A stretch of DNA of 64,000 nucleotides from an uncultured Spirochaetaceae bacterium (GTDB taxonomy: Bacteria > Myxococcota_A > UBA9160 > UBA4427), in assembly GCA_964565565.1 (NCBI GenBank), contig CAZMFM010000001.1:3883-67882 (forward strand). Reading direction: 5' to 3'. This document shows, piece by piece, positions 45,542 to 54,037 of the stretch (its first letter is position 1; each line of letters opens with the position of its first letter). Below the pieces are notes generated by a model. The model did no database searches. It was given only the letters and a program-made list of their open reading frames with translations, and had not been told where the DNA came from. Both the position numbers and the translations under genes were made by a program.

Positions 45542-46264
45542 ATGTCCGATGCTTCCGCTCCTCTCTACTTTGGTTTCCTGGCGCTTCTGGTCATCACAAT
45601 CACGGCGGCCCTGTTGGGCGTTCGAGTATCCGAATCCGACGGCTCTGGTCCGAGCGGGACCGCCCTACCCATTTCTAGATTCGCGATGGGCCTCGCCGCG
45701 TGGCTGGCGATCACCGGGGTGGCCGCTGCCAGTGGCTTCACGAGTCGTTGGGAACTGCGTCCGCCGCCCGTGATGGGCTTTGCCTTCTTCGGCTTCGCCG
45801 CCACGATCATTCTCGCTCGCGGGCGGCTCGGAGAACAGATCGCGATGGGCCTCCCCGTCGCCGCACTGATCGCCTTTCAAGGCTTCCGCTTCCCGCTCGA
45901 GCTTCTACTCCACCGGGCATACACGGACGGCGTGATGCCGATCCAAATGAGTTTCGAGGGCCAGAACTTCGACATCGCAACCGGGCTCCTGGGTCTGGCG
46001 TTCGGAGGCTATTTCCTGGTCACCGACCGAGAAGTCCCTCGATCGATCGCTTGGGCCTTCAACATCGTTGGCCTCGCGCTGCTCTTCAACATCCTGGGCG
46101 TTGCGGTCGCATCCATGCCTATCATCGCGGCCTATGGCCCCGACGCCCTGAATCTGTGGGTCGGCGCCTTCCCATTCATCTGGCTACCGACCGTATTCGT
46201 CCCCTTCGCACTCTTAGGTCATGTCGTCTTGACTCGGCGTCTGCTGGCGGATGCGAAGTCCTGA
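45542..46264 (+). CDS. Polytopic membrane protein, unknown family
   Basis: About 6 hydrophobic segments. GAGGAG lies 8 nt upstream of ATG 45542. Transcribed divergently from the HxlR regulator. Confidence 0.6.
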   Translation: MSDASAPLYFGFLALLVITITAALLGVRVSESDGSGPSGTALPISRFAMGLAAWLAITGVAAASGFTSRWELRPPPVMGFAFFGFAATIILARGRLGEQIAMGLPVAALIAFQGFRFPLELLLHRAYTDGVMPIQMSFEGQNFDIATGLLGLAFGGYFLVTDREVPRSIAWAFNIVGLALLFNILGVAVASMPIIAAYGPDALNLWVGAFPFIWLPTVFVPFALLGHVVLTRRLLADAKS

Positions 46265-46500
46265 AGCCGCGCCATGACGTCGACGTGCCCCCTGCTCGAT
46301 ACCTCCGAGGCGCAGCCTGCACGGAACCGTTCTTCAAGATCGAGATGAGCGTCGTGCCCTGTTCAACAACAATCATGAATCCGACGCGGGAGCCAGCCAG
46401 GAGGCAAGATCGTGGCCGGTCAGCCTTCGGTGGGTCATCGAGTCCTTGATTAAAATAATGAATCGTGCTTCACTTCTTGAGAACGACAAGCGGAGCAGCA

Positions 46501-47133
46501 ATGGCCTATCGCCAAACCGAGCGAGTCAAGGAGAGGCTCGCAGACAAGAGGTCGAGCATTTTGCGGGCCGCGCGCGCGCGACTCGCCGAGGGTGGATTTC
46601 GTGCCGCCCAGATTGCCGATGTCGCGACCGAAGCCGGCCTCGCGACGGGAACCGTCTATCGATACTTCGAATCCAAGACTGCCCTCTTTGCGGAAATCTT
46701 CCGCGAGACAGCGATTCGTGAGCGAGCCGTGATGGCCGAGATCGCGGACGGCCCTGGCGGACCGACCGAACGACTCGCGCGGGCGATCGAAGCGTACGCG
46801 CGCCGCGCCGTTCTCGGACGACGAATGGCCTGGGCACTGATCGCCGAACCCGTCGAGCCTGGAATCGAGGCCGATCGCTGGGCACTTCGCGCCGCCTATC
46901 GCGACATCCTCGAGCGGATCATCGCCGAGGGCATAGCGGTTGGCGAATTTCCGGAGCAGAACCCCGGAGTGGCTGCCGCTTCAGTCGTCGGAGCCATGAT
47001 CGAGCCTTTAATCGGCCCGCTTTCGGCACCGGCCGTAGGCTCTCCAGAACAGCTGGAGGAATTGATCGAGGCGACTGTGCGTTTCTGTGTCGCCGGGGTC
47101 GCTATATCCGGAGGAAGCCCTTCGCCATGCTGA
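46501..47133 (+). CDS. TetR/AcrR-family transcriptional regulator
   Basis: HTH region ILRAARARLAEGGFRAAQIADVATEAGLATGTVYRYFESK. GGAG lies 5 nt upstream of ATG 46501. The stop overlaps the next start (TGATG). Confidence 0.88.
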   Translation: MAYRQTERVKERLADKRSSILRAARARLAEGGFRAAQIADVATEAGLATGTVYRYFESKTALFAEIFRETAIRERAVMAEIADGPGGPTERLARAIEAYARRAVLGRRMAWALIAEPVEPGIEADRWALRAAYRDILERIIAEGIAVGEFPEQNPGVAAASVVGAMIEPLIGPLSAPAVGSPEQLEELIEATVRFCVAGVAISGGSPSPC

Positions 47134-48653
47134 TGTCTTCGAACGAATATCGAGAATCGCTTCGTTCCTACGATCCCGTCATCTATGTCGACGGACGTCG
47201 GATCGAGACCGTGGCAGATGATCCGGCTTTTTCGCCCGGACTAAACGCCATGGGACTCACCTACGACTACGCACTCGATCCGCGCTACGAGAAAATGATG
47301 CTGGCACGTCAAGAGACTTCGGGTGCCGCTGTGAATCGGATGCTGCATGTCGCAACGACCTGTGCAGACTTGATGGACAAGCTGGAAGCCGTTCGACTGC
47401 TATGCCAGGAGACCGGATGCGCGCAGCGCTACCTGACGGGAGATGGCTTCAATGCGCTCTTCCAAGGCACCTACCGCATCGACGAGGACAAGGGAACCGA
47501 GTATCACCCACGCTTGCTCGACTACGTGCACGACGCGCAAGAAAGAGACTTGAGCATCGGAATCGCGATGACCGACGCAAAGGGTGATCGATCACGCAGG
47601 CCCCACGAGCAGGATGAACGGCGCTCGTATGTCCATGTCACCGATCGCTCGAGAGGGGGCATTCGCATCTCTGGCGTCAAAGCGATCGTCACGGGCGCGC
47701 CCTATATGCACGAACTGCTCGTCATGCCCTGCCGGAGCATGTCTCGAGCGGACAAGGACTTCGCCCTCGCCTGCGCGATCCCAATCGACGCCAAAGGGCT
47801 CACGATCTCTTCGCGACCGGCAGGTCGGCCCGGAGAAGCCTCCGCCCATTTCAGCAGAAAATACGGCCAAGCCGTGAGCAGCGTGATACTCGACGACGTC
47901 TTCGTTCCCTGGGAACGTGTTTTTCTCGACGGCGAATGGGAGCATTCTGGTTTCGTAACAAGAACCTACGCGACCCATCATCGTCATAGCTGCATTGGTG
48001 CGCGTGCGGGTTTCGGCGACCTGCTGATTGGCGCCTGCGCTTTGATGATCGAAGCCAACGGGCTCGATCCAGCAAAGTCGCCGCATCTTCGAAATGCGAT
48101 GGTCGAACTCATCAAGATTACAGAGGGCTTTTTCGCGAGCGGAGTGGCCGCTTCGGTCTATGGACTGAGTGATCCATCCGGGAATGTCCAGCCGGAACCC
48201 GTCTACGCCAATATCGGAAAGCTCCTTTTGGCCGAGCACATCTATGATATGCATCGACTCGCCCACGAAGTCTCCGGTGGCCTCGTCGTCGCACTGCCGA
48301 CACCCGAAGAAGATCACAATCCGGAGACCGCCGCGACGCTCTCCGAGACGCTTCGAGGCCGCTCCGACGTGCCCTATCGACAACGTGCCGAAGTCGCTCG
48401 CCTGATCGAAGACCTGACCGCCTCTGAAATTGCGGGATGGTATTCCGTCATTAGTCTGCACGGCGGCGGGTCGCCCGAAGCGATGAAGATGGAGATCTTT
48501 CGCAACTACCCGATCCCGGAGAAGGTCGAACTCGTCGAACGTCTACTCGACCGTGGAGTACTCACCCAAAGACAGAAGGCACTCACTCGACAACCTGGAC
48601 AATGTTGCGCAGCCGGTTGTCGGCCAGCGCCGAACAGTGGCACCCGACCGTGA
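47133..48653 (+). CDS. 4-hydroxybutyryl-CoA dehydratase / 4-hydroxyphenylacetate 3-hydroxylase (AbfD/HpaB) family enzyme
   Basis: (ML)MSSNEYRESLRSYDPVIYVDGRRIE.., AMTDAKGDRS, ..YATHHRHS.., ..SLHGGGSPEAMK. The start is ATG 47133 or 47127. Confidence 0.85.
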   Translation: MSSNEYRESLRSYDPVIYVDGRRIETVADDPAFSPGLNAMGLTYDYALDPRYEKMMLARQETSGAAVNRMLHVATTCADLMDKLEAVRLLCQETGCAQRYLTGDGFNALFQGTYRIDEDKGTEYHPRLLDYVHDAQERDLSIGIAMTDAKGDRSRRPHEQDERRSYVHVTDRSRGGIRISGVKAIVTGAPYMHELLVMPCRSMSRADKDFALACAIPIDAKGLTISSRPAGRPGEASAHFSRKYGQAVSSVILDDVFVPWERVFLDGEWEHSGFVTRTYATHHRHSCIGARAGFGDLLIGACALMIEANGLDPAKSPHLRNAMVELIKITEGFFASGVAASVYGLSDPSGNVQPEPVYANIGKLLLAEHIYDMHRLAHEVSGGLVVALPTPEEDHNPETAATLSETLRGRSDVPYRQRAEVARLIEDLTASEIAGWYSVISLHGGGSPEAMKMEIFRNYPIPEKVELVERLLDRGVLTQRQKALTRQPGQCCAAGCRPAPNSGTRP

Positions 48654-48697
48654 TCGCTGAACAGTCGGGAACGACACGCAGTCGCACGTTGGCAGGC

Positions 48698-49105
48698 GTG
48701 GAGCTGAAACATCATCTCCTCCTCTTCTGTCTTCCAACCTCTCTCTGGACGTTCTATCTCTTGTTCGGACTCCCTTCGGAGTACTTTCAGTCCTGGCCAT
48801 CACTTCAAACGTTGATCCTCGTCGATATCGTTCCCACGATTCTGCTGGTTCCGCTGAGCTATTGGTTGCTGAAGCACGTGATCGGACACAGCTTCATGAG
48901 AGCCGCGCTGCTGGCTTCGCTCTACGCCTCGCTGCCACTACTCGTCTATGACTGCATCTACATCGGAATTCATCTCGGCAGAGGAATCAATTTTTTCGCG
49001 GAGTACTGGTATCTGACCGCGTTCTACTTCGTGCCATGGATCGTGATTCCCGCCGTGGGTACGATACTCTCGAGGCACATTCCGGTTCCCGTCGACGAGT
49101 TCTAG
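48698..49105 (+). CDS. Small hydrophobic membrane protein, unknown family
   Basis: About 4 TM segments (LLLFCLPTSLWTFYLLFG, TLILVDIVPTILLVPLSYWLL, and others). A sampled line is about 48 % GC. GTG 48698 is chosen to avoid a 52-nt overlap; the start is uncertain. Confidence 0.5.
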   Translation: MELKHHLLLFCLPTSLWTFYLLFGLPSEYFQSWPSLQTLILVDIVPTILLVPLSYWLLKHVIGHSFMRAALLASLYASLPLLVYDCIYIGIHLGRGINFFAEYWYLTAFYFVPWIVIPAVGTILSRHIPVPVDEF

Positions 49106-49251
49106 CAAAGCGAGCTCGTACGGTTTCTCGAGTCGTTAACAGTCACCACGAGACTAGGTGTGCGCTTGGAACGCGCCGACAAGCGGAGTCGGCCCCATAA
49201 GAATCCACTTTCGAATCAGCCGCCTCTGACGAGGATCCTCGGGTAGCCAGT

Positions 49252-50258
49252 TCATTGGTTGCTCGGCCGCAAGAGCAGCGGTTCATACCACGACAGATTT
49301 CCGCGAAGCAGCCCCGTCGTGTTGTCGAAGTCCCGAAGAAGTCGAGAAGTCCCACCATTCGGATCGATCACATAGGCGTCATGCCGAGCGGAGTTGCAGT
49401 CCTGAGTCGCTGATGGAATATTCGGATCGGGTATGGGGCCCGCGAAGTAGGCAATCCACTTTCCATCCGAAGACCATGACGGCTTGTCGATACGACGACT
49501 ACTATCGAGAGGCGAAATCGTATCGAGATCCAAGTCCGCAACGAAGGCACGTCTCGAAGGGCTCGAATTCACTTCGATGTTGGACGTAAAAACTAGCTTC
49601 CTCACATCCGGATCTCCGCCTGGGACCGTTGGCTTCGCGGGGTAAAACGAGGCTGCGATCCCCTCGCCCGTATCATCGTTCGTTTCAGGGCACTGGGAGC
49701 CGGACCCACAAACCTGCAAACTCATCGAGGACATATCGAATCGACGCACCGCTCGGATTGTGCCGAACGCACTCACCTCCATCAAGATGGGGGAGCTGAA
49801 GATGCCCGTTAAGGAAGGCCCGCAGGTTCTCGGCGGGACTAGAGTTTTTCTGGCAGGAGCAAGGCTCGAGAACCGGGATCGAATATGTAGATCTGAAACA
49901 ACACGCCACCCCTGACGCGATTGGCCAATAGATCATCCGGATACTCCAAAATCGGAACACCGAGATCGGACTCGCCCTATTAGTTACGCCTACGTGCCTT
50001 GGCGGCGCCCTCCGCCACGCCGAGCCCTGGAACGGCCGAGGGCGCCGGGACGTTGCACCAAGAGATCGAACCGTTTCCCAGGCCGTCACCCGAAGAGAAG
50101 TAGAGACCGGGATCGCCGCACGCGAAAGTTCCCGTAGTCCAGATACAAGCCGGGGCGGCGACCGGCTCACGAAAGCCGACAACGTCCTTGCAATCCATGC
50201 ACTCGGCCATGTCTGCGGATACCCCAGACCCGTAACCCATTCGCAGCATTCTGCCCAA
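49252..50258 (-). pseudogene. Probable decayed PD40/TolB-like beta-propeller gene (fragments in three frames)
   Basis: The 49252-49785 frame has ..AFVADLDLDT..KPSWSSDGKWIAYFAG..HDAYVIDPNGGTSRLL (PD40 repeat text). A second frame at about 49840-49965 gives ..VLFQIYIFDPGSRALLL, flanked by stops. A third frame at 49980-50258 is Cys/Gly-rich. The plus strand is closed. GC is low. Confidence 0.4.
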
Positions 50259-50306
50259 GAGCTCGCCTACTCGGAGCAGTCGCCACTACGCCGCATAACA
50301 TACCTA

Positions 50307-51119
50307 CTACAGATTGAATATCCGCCTCGCATTCCCTGAAAGGAAAGCCTCGCGGCCCTCGGCCGTGAGATCCAAACGATCGAGATGCTCCAGACATCGC
50401 GCGGGCGAGATCATCGGCCAGTTCGTCCCGAACAAGACACGTTTCTCGCCGCTCCCCTTCATGAAGTCGACGAAGGTCTGTGGCAGGCGATGGACTGCAT
50501 AGGCCGACGTATCAACGAAGAAATTCGGATATTTGTGAGCCAGCGAAACCAGCTCATCAATCCACGGGAAACCAACGTGGCCACCGACGACCTTCAATTC
50601 GGGGAAGTCGAGCAACACGTCGTCGAGATAGGGAATCAAGCGGCCGGGTTCTGATCGACAAAGCGGGCCGGTATGACCGATCTGCGTACAGAAAGGAACG
50701 CCGGCTTCGATACAAGCGACGTAGACCGGGTAGTAACGCCGATCATTCGGTGGCAAGTCCCAGAGCCAGGGAACAACGCGAACGCCAACGAACCGATCGC
50801 CATCCACCCAGCGACGAATTTCGCGAACCGCCTCCATCGGTCTCGTCAGGTCAACCGTCGCGAGCCCCCGGAACCGATCAGGCGCTTGGGCAATCTGCTC
50901 CTCGACCTCTTGATTACTGATCAGCGATCCCTGCGGACCGTGCCAGGCCGAGAGCAAGGCCATCTCGACATCCGCTGCGTCCATGGCCGCAATCGTCGAA
51001 GACGCCGACGGGACGATCGACTCTTGGGAGCCCTTCGTCCATCGCAACAACGTCTCCATCCAAGGCGCCGCCGCCATACGCTCGGTTGTCATCTGTGCCC
51101 ATACGTCGATCGCACCCAT
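50307..51119 (-). CDS. Amidohydrolase-2 (ACMSD/TIM-barrel metal hydrolase) family protein
   Basis: MGAIDVWAQ.., ..FVGVRVVPW.., ..FCTQIGHTGP.., ..VVGGHVGFPWIDE.., ..FVDTSAY. AGGAGG lies 5 nt upstream of ATG 51119. Confidence 0.85.
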   Translation of the reverse strand: MGAIDVWAQMTTERMAAAPWMETLLRWTKGSQESIVPSASSTIAAMDAADVEMALLSAWHGPQGSLISNQEVEEQIAQAPDRFRGLATVDLTRPMEAVREIRRWVDGDRFVGVRVVPWLWDLPPNDRRYYPVYVACIEAGVPFCTQIGHTGPLCRSEPGRLIPYLDDVLLDFPELKVVGGHVGFPWIDELVSLAHKYPNFFVDTSAYAVHRLPQTFVDFMKGSGEKRVLFGTNWPMISPARCLEHLDRLDLTAEGREAFLSGNARRIFNL

Positions 51120-51137
51120 ATCTTCCTCCTAGACAAT

Positions 51138-51155
51138 TACTTTACTAGTGTAGTA
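51138..51155. promoter_or_regulatory. Imperfect palindrome TACTTTACT|AGTGTAGTA between the amidohydrolase and marR-like genes (candidate MarR operator)
   Basis: 7 of 9 arm positions are complementary, centred on ACTAGT (51144-51149). The patch is AT-rich, about 20 nt from the amidohydrolase start and about 40 nt from the MarR start. Confidence 0.35.
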
Positions 51156-51194
51156 TTAAAGGATCGAGGGCCAAATGACAAGCGAGGAAGTCCT

Positions 51195-51641
51195 TTGAAA
51201 TCTCCAGGTACGTCAAGCCAACTCCGCGTCTTCTTCCTCTTGCAACAAGCCGCCCACCGCCTCAAGAAGGAGGCTGATCGAGCGCTCACCGAAGCCGCGG
51301 GACTCACCACTGCGCAGAGCGCGGTGCTGGTCATCGTGGCCAGTGCCGGATCGATCTCCCAGAAGGAGATCGCAAGGCAATTGCGGCTAAACGAATCTGC
51401 GATGACGGCGATGGTCGGCCGATTGCGAAAAGCCCGGCTGATCTCGCGCACCCAGGACCCAAACGACGCGAGGACGAATCTCATCTCCCTTACACCGACC
51501 GGCCGAAAAGCCCTCGACGGCGCGCGTCACGCCTTCGCACAAATCAATGCAAAGCTCGATTCAGCATTGGGTCGAGCGGGGACGTCGGAATTCGCACAAA
51601 GCCTGAATTCAGTCATCGACGTCTTCCTGGACGATGGGTAG
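51195..51641 (+). CDS. MarR-family transcriptional regulator
   Basis: ..LTTAQSAVLVIVASAGSISQKEIARQLRLNESAMTAMVGRLRKARLISRTQDPNDARTNLISLTPTG... The first in-frame start after the divergent gene is TTG 51195. The track ORF from 50673 is a shadow of the amidohydrolase. Confidence 0.85.
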   Translation: MKSPGTSSQLRVFFLLQQAAHRLKKEADRALTEAAGLTTAQSAVLVIVASAGSISQKEIARQLRLNESAMTAMVGRLRKARLISRTQDPNDARTNLISLTPTGRKALDGARHAFAQINAKLDSALGRAGTSEFAQSLNSVIDVFLDDG

Positions 51642-51790
51642 ACGGTTCTGGGGACTCGAGTGTTCGCCGCCCACCTCGTCGCCCGGTCGTTCCGATCAAG
51701 GCCAAGGTGGGCAAACCAAACAAAGCAAGAGCGGGAGCGGGAGCGGTGGATACAGGAGCCAAGCTCGCCTGCCGACACCTCGAACAGCGC

Positions 51791-53455
51791 CTAACAGGTG
51801 TCTGTTCGCTGTCGCAAGAATTCCAAGAACGCCGCACCGCGTCCCTCGACATGGTCGCGCACCCATTCACTAATCAAACGAGGGGCAGCAAAGCTTGTCG
51901 CGAGGGGGTTTGTCTCCAGGTCAGCGACCAACTGTCGCGTGAGGGCCAAGAACGCCCTATGGGCACCCTCGTGATCGTCGACTTCCGGGTATGCCAGTTG
52001 CCGCATCAGGTTCTCTTCATTCACGAAATAGACGGGAAGATTTCGTTGCAGCCCGTCCAGGCAATCGTAGAACTCTGCGGTGTCCATACTGATTGATGCC
52101 GTTTCGAGTCGCTGTGTGATGTCCATGATGAAGCGATGCTGCCGGGCGATCGTGTCGACACCCGAAGCTTCGGTCTTTCGGAGTCTTGCGAGGAGTGATC
52201 CGTCGGTCATTCGCGATCTCTGCCGAGCACCGGCATCCGCGAAGAGATGGCTGTCGTCGTCGCCCTCCCCGAATAGCGAAGTCACTTCGAGGATGCTCTC
52301 GAGACTCTGATTCAAGGCTTCGACGAGGTCCGGATCGAAATGACTGCCCGACTGATCTCGTATGAAGTCGAGTGTTCGCTCAATGGGCCAGGGCTCTTTG
52401 TATGGGCGCCTGGTCGTCAGTGCGTCGAAGACGTCGGCCAAGGCGCAGATTCGAGCAAAAAGAGGCGTCTCATCGCCGGCGAGGCCCCTGGGATAGCCGC
52501 TGCCGTCCCATTTTTCGTGGTGGCCCAGTGCGATGTCGTGGCTGGCCTTCATGAGCGCGTTCTCGCCGGAGAGAATGTCGGCTCCGATCTCCGGATGTCG
52601 CTTCATGATCGAGTATTCGTCGTCAGTGAGCTTGCCGGGCTTCATCAGGATTTCGTCGGGGATTCCTACCTTTCCGATGTCATGCATCGGTGCCGCAATT
52701 CCGAGTAGATCGAGGTCTTGGTGCGAGAGCCCGACCATTCGACCGAGGATGACCGAATACCGGCTCATCCTCTTCAGGTGGTAGCCCGTCTCGTGGTCTC
52801 GATACTCGGCAGCCGAGACGAGTTTTCTCATCATGTCGACATGGGCGTACTGAAGCTGGATCCGCCCGATCTCGGAATAGAGATCAAGATTCCGGTGAGT
52901 GAGAATACTCGCGACGGCTTGGCCTAATATGTCTATGAAGTGCTGTTCCTCCGGATGGGGCTCGTGATGCTCTTCGAGATAGAGAACGATCACGCCAATG
53001 ACTTCGTCGTCTCCGCCCAGGAGTGGAATGTTGTAATGACCATGCCCAACCATTCCTGCAAAGGATATTTCGTGCTCCTCATCAACACAGCTCTTGAAGA
53101 GAATCTGCTTTCTCAGTGCGGCCCGTCCGCAAAGACACTTCCCGAATGGGACAACGGCGCATCGGATCAGGAGCGCGGGGCTAAGATCATGTTGAACGGC
53201 AAGGATCAACTCACGACGTTCATTGGCGACGAAAATGGCACCCTTTCGTACGGCTCCGAGCCACGAAATCGACACAATAACGTCGATGATCTCTTCAAGT
53301 TGTTCGCGGAAGCTGATCGGCTTGAAGGCGACCCCAAGGATTCGCGAGATCGCCGTCTTGGTCTCCCACTCTGGGCTGAATTCGAGACCACCAGCGACGT
53401 CTAACCGTCGATCAAGGGCGTGCTCTTTGGGGAATCCGTCGATCGATGAGGGCAT
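51791..53455 (-). CDS. GAF - HD-GYP - hemerythrin-like three-domain protein (putative c-di-GMP phosphodiesterase or sensor)
   Basis: GAF-like N-terminus (..GAIFVANERRELILAV..VIGVIVLYLEE). HD-GYP core (YRDHETGYHLKRM..APMHDIGKVGIPD..HHEKWDGSGYPRGL..DVFDAL). C-terminal GVDTIARQHRFIM..YFVNEENLMRQLAYPEVDDHEGAHRAF..WVRDHVEG resembles bacteriohemerythrin with some ligand positions changed. Sampled lines are about 52 % GC. Confidence 0.88.
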   Translation of the reverse strand: MPSSIDGFPKEHALDRRLDVAGGLEFSPEWETKTAISRILGVAFKPISFREQLEEIIDVIVSISWLGAVRKGAIFVANERRELILAVQHDLSPALLIRCAVVPFGKCLCGRAALRKQILFKSCVDEEHEISFAGMVGHGHYNIPLLGGDDEVIGVIVLYLEEHHEPHPEEQHFIDILGQAVASILTHRNLDLYSEIGRIQLQYAHVDMMRKLVSAAEYRDHETGYHLKRMSRYSVILGRMVGLSHQDLDLLGIAAPMHDIGKVGIPDEILMKPGKLTDDEYSIMKRHPEIGADILSGENALMKASHDIALGHHEKWDGSGYPRGLAGDETPLFARICALADVFDALTTRRPYKEPWPIERTLDFIRDQSGSHFDPDLVEALNQSLESILEVTSLFGEGDDDSHLFADAGARQRSRMTDGSLLARLRKTEASGVDTIARQHRFIMDITQRLETASISMDTAEFYDCLDGLQRNLPVYFVNEENLMRQLAYPEVDDHEGAHRAFLALTRQLVADLETNPLATSFAAPRLISEWVRDHVEGRGAAFLEFLRQRTDTC

Positions 53456-54037
53456 TGTTCCGGGAGTCTCTGATTTGGTTCGTCGGAAGCTCTGAGATCG
53501 GCGTCCGGTGGCAAAACTTGACCGATCTCCGTTATGCGATCCTTGCGAAGAGAACGCTCGTCATGGTTTCTATTGATCTCCGAATCTGATCATCTCGGGG
53601 CATTCCGCCGAGACTCAACCCGAAACGGAGGAAGATCCTGGATAGGAGTCCCGATCGCCGCTCGGGTTCGAAGCGAGAGAGTGGGCCGGAGTATCTTCGG
53701 CTGCCAGAACTCGATGGAATCTCAAAGAATGACGGCCTTCCACCGTTATGTTCGGCCCCTTATCGGGGCGCTACTGATCGTTTCTCATGCGAGAAGAGAT
53801 CGCTCTCTTCTAAAACCCGCGGCGGCTGAGTCCGCGAGATTCCGCGCCAGCTCGGACGGTCCCCGCCGACGATCTCGCGTGAACCGCGGCCCAATGCTGC
53901 GACCCGAAGCTGGAAGCTGCGCGATCGAGCTCGCGATCCATTCCTGCCCCCATGGCGGCGCAGCAGAAAGGAAAACGTGAACGGCCTGTTCCGGTAGTTT
54001 TCGGCTAGCCGCTCCGACCTCCGCAAGCACAGCGCCG

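Noticed and set aside
53661-53680. tRNA-like T-loop GGTTCGAA at 53665-53672
   Set aside because: The flanks do not form a T-stem, and no acceptor, D or anticodon arms can be drawn around it.
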